NCBI GenBank assembly: GCA_937898675.1
Contig: CALEJB010000045.1
Span: 67,155-131,154, forward strand
Length of the DNA stretch: 64,000 bases
Reading direction: 5' to 3'
Source: an uncultured Prevotellaceae bacterium
GTDB taxonomy: Bacteria > Bacteroidota > Bacteroidia > Bacteroidales > Muribaculaceae
A model generated the notes under the pieces. The model searched no databases, was not told the origin of the DNA, and saw only the letters and a list, made by a program, of their open reading frames with translations. Position numbers and translations under genes: made by a program. Below, one piece after another: positions 11,510 through 21,655 of the stretch; the first letter of the stretch is position 1, and the number at the start of each line of letters is the position of its first letter.

Positions 11510-12337
11510 TTATTTCCACCTTGCATTAATGGTCTTGCCATTGTTGCAAGTGATGATTTGTCCTGAAATACAATTAGATGCATCCGAAAGGAGGAAAGCG
11601 GCAGTTTCGGCAACCTCTTCGGGAAGATACACCCTGCGATTGGGATTATATGAACAATAGATGTCCTCATCGGCATTAAAGCCAGTCATTGACGAAGCCG
11701 TCACGCCCGGTGCAATAGCATTAACCCGAATAGATTTTCCAACATAAAGCGAAGCCAACCCCTGCACAAGGCTGTTGACAGCAGCCTTGGTCAAGCCGTA
11801 GGGGCGAATGTCGGCCGTGTCGCCCGTCTCAGAAGAGATGAAGAGCACATTGCCCTTGACATCGTTTTCCAGCATATAGGCTATTACCTTTTGCGTCAAG
11901 AAGAACGGCCCGCGCAGATTGGTGGCAAACTGCTGGTCAAAAGATTCGGGAGTCACTGCATGGAAAGAATTCTCATGTAATGAAATGCCAGCGTTGTTGA
12001 CCAGGCAATCAATGCCGCCCAACTTTTCAACAGCGAACTTCACGAGGCCATCAAATGCATCAACATCCGTCATGTCGAGTCGGTATGCGGCACAGTGCAA
12101 CTCACCGGCTATTTGTTTCAATTTGTCCTCATTTCGGCCAGTGATAATCACCTTGGCGCCTTCGGCCACAAATCGCTTCACCATAGCCTCACCGAGCCCG
12201 CCTGTACCACCTGTAACGACAATTCGTTTGCCATCAAGTTTTCCGGATGGTTGAGTCGTCACAATCTGGGCATACACAGCCGGCGGATTGGGCAGCATTT
12301 TGCGGATTATTCTTTTCAATTTACTGTTCATAAACAT
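11510..12337 (-). CDS. SDR family NAD(P)-dependent oxidoreductase
   Basis: TGGTGGLG, NNAG, YGLTK and RVNAIAPG motifs. Confidence 0.92.
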   Translation of the reverse strand: MFMNSKLKRIIRKMLPNPPAVYAQIVTTQPSGKLDGKRIVVTGGTGGLGEAMVKRFVAEGAKVIITGRNEDKLKQIAGELHCAAYRLDMTDVDAFDGLVKFAVEKLGGIDCLVNNAGISLHENSFHAVTPESFDQQFATNLRGPFFLTQKVIAYMLENDVKGNVLFISSETGDTADIRPYGLTKAAVNSLVQGLASLYVGKSIRVNAIAPGVTASSMTGFNADEDIYCSYNPNRRVYLPEEVAETAAFLLSDASNCISGQIITCNNGKTINARWK

Positions 12338-12343
12338 AATATT

Positions 12344-14227
12344 TCAGCGGTGCAACACCTTCTCCAAAATCAAACGCTTCACAGACTGCCGCTCGTCGGT
12401 GTGAAGGCCAATCCAATAGATCACGATTCCGCTCGAGATAAAGCTGAGCAAAACGACAAGCACCACGCGGAGTATCGAATCGGGCATAGTAAGATAAACC
12501 AGCAACGGGGCGACCACCGCAATAGCAAGTACCAAAAGGCCCTTGAGAATAACCTCACGAACATACATCATCCACGGCATGTGAATCAAATCCTTAACAA
12601 GGTATATTCTGACAAAAATCAATGCAAAATAAACGGCGCAGAAGATGTAATAAGTCCATTCTGGCCCGCCTCCCAACTTGTATGCTACCCAAGTCAGCGG
12701 GAATACCCAAAAGCCCACGAGAGTCATGACAATCTGATATTTCCTAATCTTTCCTGTTGCCAACTGTGCCGTCACAAGCGTATTGCCCAAAACTGTCACC
12801 ATCGAAGAAACAAATGTGAGACGGACAAAGGCGACTGCATAGTCGGGAACAACACCTAACCAAATTGACAAGATTTTGGGCGTCTCCAGGCAACAGGGAA
12901 TGGCAAAAAACATTGTCAAGAAAAATGAAAACTTGGCTCCGCGGCACACCAGTTGATGCATCTTGGGCAAGTTGCCTGCGGCATACAGTTTGGTGATCTG
13001 TGGATTGAGCGCCGTCATGAAATTCATTACAAACTGCTGCGCCAAGCCATCCACCTGAACACCGATACCTCGGGCGGCATTCAATGCTACACCAAAGAAC
13101 ACATTTATCAGCAGGTTAATTCCTTGTGTATTAAGAATCCAAGCAGTATTGCCAAAGAAATTCCATCCGGCAAAAGAAGTCATTTCCTTGACCAACGAGG
13201 GGTTATGCGTAAATTTGTATTTACATTCCTCAAAGTGCCTGACACAATACTGCGCATATATGAAACGATTGAGCAGCGCAACGCCAAGCAACAAAATCGA
13301 ATAAGCCACCAACCGGTCCACAGGTGACACCGAAATCGCAAAAGCGACGCCAAGTTTGGCCGTAGCGTCAAATATCGTCATGTAGGCGAAAACATTCATC
13401 TTCTCATGTGCGATGATCGAGGCATTGTACGGAACACTAATCAGTCCCACTGCAAAAGAAGCCAAACTGCAATAGAGCACCCAGTTGGCGGCCGATTCAC
13501 GGCCCGGCGGCATGTTCATCTTGCAGTTGACAAACCACAAACCGATGGCAAGGCCAACGACAACAACAACGGCGGCAATGACAAACTGCACATTCAATGA
13601 TGTCGAGAACACGGTTTTGAGACGCTCTTTATTGCCACGCCCCAGTTCAAAAGTCAGATAGCGGCTTACCGCAGTTGACAACGAACTGGAGAGAATGGCA
13701 AACATAGCCACAACACCGCCCACTGCATTGTAAATACCAAAATCATCGACGCCCAAGGATTGTATCACCACCCTGCTGGTGTATAAACCGATGAGCATCA
13801 TGACAATCATGCGGATATAGAGCAAAACCGTGTTCTTGGCAATGCGCCGGTTGCTGGAAACAGCATCATCAAGGGGGAGCGGCTCATTTTCTTTGCCCTG
13901 CAGTTTGTCCGTCTCGAGGTTTTTAAGTCTCTCCACCTCACTGTCGGCAATGGTCATGTAGCCAGTTCCCGACACATCGCCCGGGTGTTTCAATAGCGAA
14001 CACGACGAGAGCGAGCAAGTGATTTCAATGACATTGTCAAGTGAGTCGTGGACATAGACATATCCGCCGCCGATAGGAATAAAATATTCCACAGCGGGCA
14101 AACCACGGCCGATGCGGTCGCCCGAGACGGCATCCAATTGCCGCTCGACTGCCTCCATACTCTCGTTTGCAGAAAGGACAAACCATATTTTGCCATCGGG
14201 TGCGCTCACAAGCTCAGGTATAAACAC
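12344..14227 (-). CDS. Polysaccharide flippase (Wzx/MATE-like) with an approximately 120-aa N-terminal extension resembling a NusG/UpxY NGN domain
   Basis: SSNRRIAKNTVLLYIRM...LGVDDFGIYNAVGG is a typical Bacteroidales flippase start followed by many TM segments. The frame stays open upstream to GTG 14227. Confidence 0.85.
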   Translation of the reverse strand: MFIPELVSAPDGKIWFVLSANESMEAVERQLDAVSGDRIGRGLPAVEYFIPIGGGYVYVHDSLDNVIEITCSLSSCSLLKHPGDVSGTGYMTIADSEVERLKNLETDKLQGKENEPLPLDDAVSSNRRIAKNTVLLYIRMIVMMLIGLYTSRVVIQSLGVDDFGIYNAVGGVVAMFAILSSSLSTAVSRYLTFELGRGNKERLKTVFSTSLNVQFVIAAVVVVVGLAIGLWFVNCKMNMPPGRESAANWVLYCSLASFAVGLISVPYNASIIAHEKMNVFAYMTIFDATAKLGVAFAISVSPVDRLVAYSILLLGVALLNRFIYAQYCVRHFEECKYKFTHNPSLVKEMTSFAGWNFFGNTAWILNTQGINLLINVFFGVALNAARGIGVQVDGLAQQFVMNFMTALNPQITKLYAAGNLPKMHQLVCRGAKFSFFLTMFFAIPCCLETPKILSIWLGVVPDYAVAFVRLTFVSSMVTVLGNTLVTAQLATGKIRKYQIVMTLVGFWVFPLTWVAYKLGGGPEWTYYIFCAVYFALIFVRIYLVKDLIHMPWMMYVREVILKGLLVLAIAVVAPLLVYLTMPDSILRVVLVVLLSFISSGIVIYWIGLHTDERQSVKRLILEKVLHR

Positions 14228-14693
14228 ACATAGGCAGGCGAGGGATTATTAGCCCCTTGCCGCGTGAGAAGTATTTGCCAACCGGTTGACTGGCTTGGGA
14301 AAACATTGTGCACATTTTCCTTTTTGTTTTTTTGTCCACATGCCGGGGGCATGTGTGATAAAGTGCAAATTTAGCGACTATCGGCGACATGGCAAAGGAA
14401 TCTGCCTTTTTTTTTGAGTTGCAAAATCGTTACATCTGCCCCCAAAGCGTCTTATGTTAGGTTTTGTGTACCGCTTTTGGCAAAAGAATTATATATTAAC
14501 AGGCAAATTATCATTGTGTCGCGGGAAGAAAGCGCCATGACTTGTCAATCGAGAAACTTCGCTTCGTTGCAGTAATTGCTCGGCTGTATATATTCAAAGG
14601 CGGGATAATTCCGTTTGTGAATGGCGAAATTTGCAAGGGAATTAAAAAATGAGTAAGTTTGCAGTCCGAAAACAACATTATCATATAAATCCG

Positions 14694-16214
14694 ATGAAAA
14701 TTTATCTCAGAATTGCCTTTGCCGCCATTGCGGCGCTAATTATGACCGCTTGCGGCAACAGCGACACGACCTACCCGTACAAGACCCAATACCTGCCAGT
14801 GCAGCTGGTGGGCAGCGAGAAGTGGAGCATCCTTGACGTGAACAGCGGCGAGGTGGTTGCCAAGGACGCGTTTGAAAATGTGCCGTCGCCCATTGTTGAC
14901 GGCATGTTCTATGTGATGAACAACGAGGGCACCTATGACTACTATGACGTGTCAGCGCCGACCAAGCCCGTGGCAGGCCACTTTGGCAGCGCCACCTCGT
15001 TCAGTGATGACGGTGTTGCTGTATGCAGCCGCATCGGTGAGCCCTTGACCGTCATCAACCGAAAGGGCGAAGTCGTCAAGCAGTTGCCCAAGGACGTGGC
15101 CCAGTGCTCGATGTTTGCGCGCGGCATGGCGGCCGTGCAGAACGACCGCGGCACCTGGGGCTACATCAATGCCGCGGGCGACACCATCATCCCCGCCAAT
15201 TACAGCAACGCCAACCTGTTCCTGTACAACGACTATGCCATCGTTGTCAGCGAGAGCCAGCCGAGCGACACGTCGGTCAACTACACCGTGATTGACAAGA
15301 CCGGTAAAGTGATGGCCAATATTGACGGCAGCCAGTACCAAATCATGCAGCCTTACTTCATCAACGGCGTGCTGCCTGTTGCCAAAGGCGACAGCCTGGT
15401 TTGCCTTAGCCCTGACGGCAAAGAAGTGCCCAACCCCAATGACGACCAAGAGCAAGTGTCCAAGGGCGGATATGACAACTATCAGCGCACGCCCTCGGGC
15501 GATTATATCGTCATCAAGGGGAAGAAGACCGGCTTGGTTGACAGCGACAACAAGGTGCTCATCGCCATTGAGCATGACAACCTGGTTGACATCAACGGAG
15601 AGCGATTGGTTGCCGTTGACAATGACGTTTACCACATCGTGGACCGCAGCGGCAAACCCGTGGGTAACGTCAAGTTTGGGAATGCCCATGTGGGTGAAGA
15701 CAACCCATTTGCCGCACGCGGCTTTATTGACACCAACCTGGCTGCATCAACGATGATGATGCTGTTTGACGACACCAGCTGTGCAGGAGCAAACGCCGAG
15801 ACCACGCTGATGGACATGAACAGGATGGTGAGCACGGATGCCCGCCAATATGCCGGCAACAACACACTGGTAATGCCCCAAGGGCCATATATCCTACAAT
15901 ATGTATTCGACCAGGAAGTTGCGACCATGAGTCCCGACAGCACCTCGGCGTCATTCAACTTTGACGCCAAAGTGAAATGCGTCATCGTGTCGATGAACCT
16001 CAGGCACTGCCCTCCCAGCACCGAGGAGACCATCACCAAGATGGTTGAGAGCGCCCTGGGCACCAACGGGTTTGTGCTCGCGCGTGACGGCATCTTTTGC
16101 AGCGACCATCTGACAGCGGTGACCCTGGGCTATGACAAGGGCGTGCTCAACCTGCTGTACCACATGCACTTCAATGAGTCGGTGCCCCAACCCAAAAACA
16201 AACGCAACAACTAA
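14694..16214 (+). CDS. WG-repeat-containing lipoprotein
   Basis: Lipobox MTAC; WGYINAAGDTIIP and KTGLVDSDNKVLI WG-like repeats. Confidence 0.75.
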   Translation: MKIYLRIAFAAIAALIMTACGNSDTTYPYKTQYLPVQLVGSEKWSILDVNSGEVVAKDAFENVPSPIVDGMFYVMNNEGTYDYYDVSAPTKPVAGHFGSATSFSDDGVAVCSRIGEPLTVINRKGEVVKQLPKDVAQCSMFARGMAAVQNDRGTWGYINAAGDTIIPANYSNANLFLYNDYAIVVSESQPSDTSVNYTVIDKTGKVMANIDGSQYQIMQPYFINGVLPVAKGDSLVCLSPDGKEVPNPNDDQEQVSKGGYDNYQRTPSGDYIVIKGKKTGLVDSDNKVLIAIEHDNLVDINGERLVAVDNDVYHIVDRSGKPVGNVKFGNAHVGEDNPFAARGFIDTNLAASTMMMLFDDTSCAGANAETTLMDMNRMVSTDARQYAGNNTLVMPQGPYILQYVFDQEVATMSPDSTSASFNFDAKVKCVIVSMNLRHCPPSTEETITKMVESALGTNGFVLARDGIFCSDHLTAVTLGYDKGVLNLLYHMHFNESVPQPKNKRNN

Positions 16215-16248
16215 CCGCAGGAACTCTAAAAAAAGGACATAAAGACAA

Positions 16249-16602
16249 ATGTATTACGTACAAAAGACGCTTGAAATATCATCGGCCCATCAGCTGTTTC
16301 TCGACCACAACAGCAAGTGCGAAAATCTGCACGGCCACAACTGGATTGTGAACGTGTATTGCAAGGCCAAAGAACTTGACGATAACGGCATGGTCACCGA
16401 CTTTACCATCATCAAAGAGATGGTGCACGGCAAACTCGACCACCGCAATCTCAACGAAGTGCTGGGTTTCAACCCCACTGCCGAAAACATCGCCCATTGG
16501 ATTGTGGACACCGTGCCCAACTGCTACCGCGCCGACGTGCGCGAGAGCGCCAACAACCTTGCCATCTACGTCAAGGACGAGGACGACGATGTGGAAGGTT
16601 AA
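16249..16602 (+). CDS. queD: 6-carboxytetrahydropterin synthase
   Basis: SSAH, CENLHGHNW, LDHRNLNEV and PTAENIA motifs. Confidence 0.93.
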   Translation: MYYVQKTLEISSAHQLFLDHNSKCENLHGHNWIVNVYCKAKELDDNGMVTDFTIIKEMVHGKLDHRNLNEVLGFNPTAENIAHWIVDTVPNCYRADVRESANNLAIYVKDEDDDVEG

Positions 16603-17179
16603 CGAGATATTCCATTCACTGCAAGGCGAGGGGTACAACACCGGCACAGCCTGCGTCTTTATCAGATTGAGCGGCTGCAACCTGCATTGCGCCTTTTGCG
16701 ACACACGGCACGAGCAGGGCACGATGATGTCCCTGCCCGAGATTATCGAAACCGTGATGCAGTATCCCCTTGCCCCGTTGATCGTGGTCACGGGCGGCGA
16801 GCCTGCGCTTCAAATTGACGACGGCTTTATCGACGGCCTCAAGACGGCCACGGGAAAACGCATTGCCATTGAGACCAACGGCACCTTGCCCTTGCCCGAT
16901 GGGATTGACTGGGTGACATGCTCGCCCAAGAGCGGGCTGGGCGGCAACGGCGAATTGCCGCTTGCCATCACGCGCTGCGATGAACTCAAGGTGGTGTACC
17001 TGGGTCAAGACTTGACACAGTATGATGGAATTGATTGCATTCACCGTTTCCTGCAACCGTGCTACACGAGTGATGCACGCACAGCGCTTGCCAATATGGC
17101 AGCCACGGTGCAAGCCGTGCTTGACAACCCCAAGTGGCGGCTCTCGCTGCAAACACACCGCATCCTGGGAATCAGATAA
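16589..17179 (+). CDS. queE: 7-carboxy-7-deazaguanine synthase (radical SAM)
   Basis: VNEIFHSLQGEG, CNLHCAFCDT and WRLSLQTH; overlaps queD. Confidence 0.93.
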   Translation: MWKVNEIFHSLQGEGYNTGTACVFIRLSGCNLHCAFCDTRHEQGTMMSLPEIIETVMQYPLAPLIVVTGGEPALQIDDGFIDGLKTATGKRIAIETNGTLPLPDGIDWVTCSPKSGLGGNGELPLAITRCDELKVVYLGQDLTQYDGIDCIHRFLQPCYTSDARTALANMAATVQAVLDNPKWRLSLQTHRILGIR

Positions 17180-17203
17180 CCTCAACCCCGCCCCCCTGAC
17201 AAC

Positions 17204-17236
17204 ACAAGCGCCCAAGCATGCAGCCCGGGCGCTTGT
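17204..17236. terminator. Hairpin between convergent queE and fabD
   Basis: 10-bp inverted repeat ACAAGCGCCC / GGGCGCTTGT. Confidence 0.6.
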
Positions 17237-17254
17237 CATTTCATCAAATCGGAA

Positions 17255-18133
17255 TCACTGGCGTCCACTGACAACGATGTCACGGTTGGTCTTGCTAATG
17301 AGTCCTTGGAGGACCTTGCCAGGGCCTAGTTCCTGGGCCTCGGTCATGCCGTCGGCAATCATGTTGACAACAATGTGGCTCCAACGCACTGGAGAGGTCA
17401 ACTGCTTGAGCAAATTCTGCTTGATTTCGGCAGGATGGGTGTGAGGCATCGCGTCAACGTTCTGGTAGATGGGGCAACATGGGTCAGCGAAGACCGCGCT
17501 CTCGATTGCGGCAGCCAACTCGGCTCGCGCCGGCTCCATCAAGGGTGAATGGAAAGCCCCTCCCACCTTGAGCGGCAACGCACGCCGGGCTCCTGCCTCT
17601 TTCAGTTTCACGCATGCGGAATTCACGGCATCGATTTCGCCAGAGATGACCACCTGTCCCGGGCAGTTATAGTTGGCGGGTACACACACGCCGTCGATGC
17701 CGGCGCAGATTTCTTCAATCTTTTCGTCATCCATGCCAATGATGGCGGCCATCGTCGAGGGTGCGGCCTGGCAAGCTTTGTGCATAGCGAGTGCGCGTGC
17801 CTCGACCAACTTCAAGCCCTGTTCAAAAGGCAAAGCGCCCGCGGCGACCAGTGCCGAGAACTCGCCCAGTGAGTGGCCGGCAACCATGTCGGGCTTAAAC
17901 TCGTCGCCCATGGTGAGTGCGAGGATAACCGAATGGAGGAAAACGGCCGGTTGAGTGACATTGGTCTGCTTGAGGTCGTCCTCAGTGCCGTCAAACATGA
18001 GGTCGGTTATGCGGAAGCCCAACACCTCGTTGGCATTTTCAAACAAGTCTCGGGCTTGGGCATTATTGTCATACAGGTCTTTGCCCATGCCCACAAACTG
18101 GGCACCCTGACCAGGAAACACAAATGCTTTCAT
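17255..18133 (-). CDS. fabD: Malonyl-CoA:ACP transacylase
   Basis: FPGQGAQ, GHSLGE and GAFHS motifs. Confidence 0.97.
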   Translation of the reverse strand: MKAFVFPGQGAQFVGMGKDLYDNNAQARDLFENANEVLGFRITDLMFDGTEDDLKQTNVTQPAVFLHSVILALTMGDEFKPDMVAGHSLGEFSALVAAGALPFEQGLKLVEARALAMHKACQAAPSTMAAIIGMDDEKIEEICAGIDGVCVPANYNCPGQVVISGEIDAVNSACVKLKEAGARRALPLKVGGAFHSPLMEPARAELAAAIESAVFADPCCPIYQNVDAMPHTHPAEIKQNLLKQLTSPVRWSHIVVNMIADGMTEAQELGPGKVLQGLISKTNRDIVVSGRQ

Positions 18134-18264
18134 ATCGTGATAAGTTCGATTTAATTATATTTTATCTAAATGGACCGCAAAGGTAGGCAAATGTTTCTAA
18201 ATATCAGCAACTAACCACATAAATAATTCTTTACGGTTTCATACTCACAGAACAATGGCAACAC

Positions 18265-18921
18265 TCATGCCAAATACTCGGTCGTGTCGTCGATGCCGGC
18301 ATCGTTCAATGCCTGACGGCGCTCGGTGCAAGTGCCGCATGTGCCACAATGCTTCTCTCCGCCCTTGTAGCACGAATAAGTCTCGCTATAGTCCAGGCCC
18401 AGCGCCGCGCCGTGTCGGGCGATGTCGGTTTTGCTCAGGTCGGTATATGGCGCATAGACTTTGACGCCCTCATAGGTGCCCGTCTGCATAGCGGTGCTCA
18501 TCGCATCGATGAACGGCGAGCGGCAGTCAGGGTAGATGGAATGATCACCGGCATGGTTGGCAATCATCACGCGTTTCAGTCCGTTGCTCTCGGCAATGCC
18601 GCAGGCAATGGCCAGCATGATGCCGTTGCGAAAAGGCACCACCGTTGTCTTCATGTTCTCATCGTTGTAGTTGCCGTCGGGGATGGCGTCGGCACTCTCA
18701 AGCAAAGCGCTCTTGAAGTGCATGTGCATGAAATCCAGCGGGATAATCAGATGCTTGATACCCAAGCGCTCGCAGTGCATCACGGCACAACGGCGCTCGC
18801 GGCCGTTCTGGGTGCTGCCGTAGTCAAAGGTGATGGCCAGGGCTATCTCGTCCTTGAATTCATAGAGCATGGTCGTTGAGTCCATGCCGCCCGAGGTGAT
18901 GATAACAGCGTCTTTTGCCAT
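18265..18921 (-). CDS. queC: 7-cyano-7-deazaguanine synthase
   Basis: SGGMDSTT, VPFRNG, YPDCR and CGTCGTC motifs. Confidence 0.96.
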   Translation of the reverse strand: MAKDAVIITSGGMDSTTMLYEFKDEIALAITFDYGSTQNGRERRCAVMHCERLGIKHLIIPLDFMHMHFKSALLESADAIPDGNYNDENMKTTVVPFRNGIMLAIACGIAESNGLKRVMIANHAGDHSIYPDCRSPFIDAMSTAMQTGTYEGVKVYAPYTDLSKTDIARHGAALGLDYSETYSCYKGGEKHCGTCGTCTERRQALNDAGIDDTTEYLA

Positions 18922-18928
18922 AATCAAA

Positions 18929-19399
18929 TCATTGTTGATTGAACTGTTTTAACAAGCGCGCGCGCACGATATCCTGGTGGCTATCGTCCCCATGGTTGGC
19001 AAACGGCTTGATGCTGATGCCTCCGCGGGGATTGAACAAGCCGATTACTTCGATATACTTGGGTGCCATCAGCTTAATCAAATCCTTCATGATGATGTTC
19101 ACGCAGTCCTCATGAAAATCGCCGTGGTTGCGAAAACTAAACAAGTACAACTTGAGCGACTTGCTCTCCACCATTCGCTCGGCAGGGATGTAGTTGATGA
19201 TGATGCGGCCAAAGTCGGGCTGACCGGTCTTGGGGCACAACGACGTGAACTCGGGGCAGTCGAGCGACACGATATACTCATTCTCGGGGTGTTTGTTCTC
19301 AAAAGTCTCAAGCACATCGGGACGGTAATCAAAATCATACTTCGTGCCCTGGTTGCCCAGCAGCGTCACGCCTTCCAGTTCTTTATCTGTTCTTGACAT
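18929..19399 (-). CDS. queF: preQ0 reductase (type I QueF)
   Basis: [28 protein letters not shown] and PRGGI motifs. Confidence 0.96.
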   Translation of the reverse strand: MSRTDKELEGVTLLGNQGTKYDFDYRPDVLETFENKHPENEYIVSLDCPEFTSLCPKTGQPDFGRIIINYIPAERMVESKSLKLYLFSFRNHGDFHEDCVNIIMKDLIKLMAPKYIEVIGLFNPRGGISIKPFANHGDDSHQDIVRARLLKQFNQQ

Positions 19400-19431
19400 T
19401 GTATTAATGGGAATTATAATAATGGGGGGAT

Positions 19432-20226
19432 TCAACTCTTGGTGGATTTATATCCATGCTCGCGACGGTACTTGCGGACATCACGGAACAAGTCGGTAGC
19501 GTACACAAAGTTGTTCAAGTCATCATTGTCCACATCGTAAATCTGGTCTTTGTTACCGACCCAGCCCAGGTGTCCCTTGTTGATGAAAATGATATTCTCG
19601 CCAATGCCCATCACCGAGTTCATGTCGTGGGTATTGATAATGGTAGTAATGCCAAACTCATGGGTGATATCGCTCAGCAACTCGTCAATGACAATACTGG
19701 TCTTGGGGTCCAGTCCCGAGTTGGGTTCGTCGCAGAAGAGGTACTTGGGATTCAAGGCGATGGCACGGGCGATGGCGCAACGCTTTTGCATACCGCCCGA
19801 CAGTTCGCTGGGGAACTTGTTCTCGCTGCCCGTGAGATTCACGCGGTCAATGCAGAACTGGGCGCGGTCGCGCATCTCGCTATTGGACATGTTGCCAAAC
19901 ATCACGAGGGGAAACATCACATTGCCCATCACCGTCTCACTGTCGAACAGCGCAGAGCCCTGGAAGAGCATACCAATCTCCTTGCGCAACGCCTTGCGCT
20001 GCTTGCGGTCCATCTGCACCAAGTCACGGCCGTCATACAAAATCTGGCCTTCATCGGGGTCAAACAGTCCTACGATATTCTTAACCAACACCGTCTTGCC
20101 TGAACCCGACTGGCCGATAATGAGGTTAGTCTTGCCGTCATAGAACGAGGCGCTCACGTCGAACAAGACCTGGCGCACACCGGATTCTTCCTTGAACGAT
20201 TTGGATATATGCTTAACTTCGATCAT
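19432..20226 (-). CDS. mlaF: ABC transporter ATP-binding protein, MlaF-like
   Basis: [25 protein letters not shown] and DEPNSGLDP; adjacent to mlaE. Confidence 0.85.
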   Translation of the reverse strand: MIEVKHISKSFKEESGVRQVLFDVSASFYDGKTNLIIGQSGSGKTVLVKNIVGLFDPDEGQILYDGRDLVQMDRKQRKALRKEIGMLFQGSALFDSETVMGNVMFPLVMFGNMSNSEMRDRAQFCIDRVNLTGSENKFPSELSGGMQKRCAIARAIALNPKYLFCDEPNSGLDPKTSIVIDELLSDITHEFGITTIINTHDMNSVMGIGENIIFINKGHLGWVGNKDQIYDVDNDDLNNFVYATDLFRDVRKYRREHGYKSTKS

Positions 20227-20242
20227 AACTGGGAGGAATTTA

Positions 20243-20989
20243 CTATAACAACAAATTGGTCATCGTTACATCGACCAGCAGAATCATGATGTTACTCATC
20301 ACCACCGTGTCGGTACTGGCCTTGCCCACCTCCACCGAGCCGCCCTTGACCGTGTAGCCATAGAAGCATGCAATGGTTGACATCACAAAGGCAAACACCA
20401 ATGACTTAATCAACGCGAACCAAACATACCACTCGATAAACAAAGACTGGATGCCAAACAGATAGGTGTCGGGGTCGACAATCCCGGTGATGATGCAAAT
20501 CAGCCAGCCGCCAAACAGGCTCGTTGCCATGCAGATGATGACGAGGAACGGCAGAATCGTAATCCACGCCACTATCTTGGGAAGCGCCAAGAAATTGGCG
20601 CTGTTGATGCCCATGATATCCAGAGCGTCAATCTGCTCGGTGGTGCGCATGGTGCCTATCTCACTGGCGATGTTCGAGCCAATTTTGCCTGACAAAATCA
20701 GACAGAGGATGGTTGACGAAAATTCCAGCAAGATAATCTCGCGCGTGGTCAAGCCCACGGTATATCGTGGCAGCAGCGGGTTGGAGATGTTCAACTTAAT
20801 CAAGATTGTACACAGCGAGCCGATGAACAGCGACACAATGATAATGAGCGGTATGGAGTCGATGCCCAACTTGGCCATCTCGTCGCGATAGCGCTTGAAG
20901 AACTGCGACCACTTGTCAGGGATGGCAATGACGCGCCACATGAACATGCAGTACGAGCCAAATTTGTCCAGTATATTTGTAATAAACAT
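20243..20989 (-). CDS. mlaE: MlaE family ABC permease
   Basis: GSNIASEIGTMRTTEQIDAL and GGSVEVGKAST motifs. Confidence 0.88.
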   Translation of the reverse strand: MFITNILDKFGSYCMFMWRVIAIPDKWSQFFKRYRDEMAKLGIDSIPLIIIVSLFIGSLCTILIKLNISNPLLPRYTVGLTTREIILLEFSSTILCLILSGKIGSNIASEIGTMRTTEQIDALDIMGINSANFLALPKIVAWITILPFLVIICMATSLFGGWLICIITGIVDPDTYLFGIQSLFIEWYVWFALIKSLVFAFVMSTIACFYGYTVKGGSVEVGKASTDTVVMSNIMILLVDVTMTNLLL

Positions 20990-21085
20990 ATTGATTCCAA
21001 TTTTTTTTGCAAAGTTACTGCAATTTTCTGATATAGCGCCTGCGGCTGACGTGAAACCCGTCAATGTGGACACGTTAGGCACCAA

Positions 21086-21655
21086 TCAGACCAAAGAACT
21101 CTCGTCGATGAGGTTGTTGAGCATGGCATAGACCGTCAAACCCGCCACGCTCTTGATGCCTGTCTTGCGGGTAATGTTCTTGCGGTGGCTGATAACTGTG
21201 TGGACGCTCACGTTGAGAGAGTCGGCAATTTCCTTGTTTGTCTTGCCTTGTGCCAGCTCGACAAGCACTGCAGTCTCGCGGCGGGTGAGTTCATAACTGC
21301 CCTTGCCGGGTTCGTGGGGCACAGGCATGGCCTGTGCCAGCGCCTCAAGCACTTCGGGACGGCTGTCGCGGATGTCAACCACGGCATCGTAGGGTTTGAG
21401 ACGGCCGTGCTCAACGTACTGATACACCAGCGCTACCAACGCCATGGGTTGTTCCAAACGCAAGACATTGGGGTCGTCCACCAGCGTCGGGTTGATGAGC
21501 AGCACATCGGGACGCGATGCCAGCAACCGCTCCTTGGCACGTGCCACTTCGGTTACCGGTTCCAAGACCTTGAACCTCGGCTGTCCGTCAAGAATTGACT
21601 TGAGGCCCTCAACAATCACCTCAGACGGCTCCACTATGAGCAACTTCTGTTTCAT
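21086..21655 (-). CDS. LuxR-family HTH regulator with a degenerate receiver-like N-terminus
   Basis: LTRRETAVL...GKTNKEIADSLNVSVHTVISHRKNI. Confidence 0.9.
   Translation of the reverse strand: MKQKLLIVEPSEVIVEGLKSILDGQPRFKVLEPVTEVARAKERLLASRPDVLLINPTLVDDPNVLRLEQPMALVALVYQYVEHGRLKPYDAVVDIRDSRPEVLEALAQAMPVPHEPGKGSYELTRRETAVLVELAQGKTNKEIADSLNVSVHTVISHRKNITRKTGIKSVAGLTVYAMLNNLIDESSLV

Noticed and set aside
14230..14650. Invertible promoter upstream of the polysaccharide mini-locus
   Set aside because: A TAAATTTG element and a short palindrome (CACATGCC/GGCATGTG) are present, but I found no inverted repeats flanking the promoter and no recombinase.
16214..19435. preQ1 riboswitch, or a 7-deazaguanine DNA-modification (dpd) island around the que genes
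   Set aside because: Intergenic gaps before queD and queF are very short with no recognisable aptamer. No dpdA-like gene is present, and canonical tgt and queF point to tRNA queuosine synthesis.
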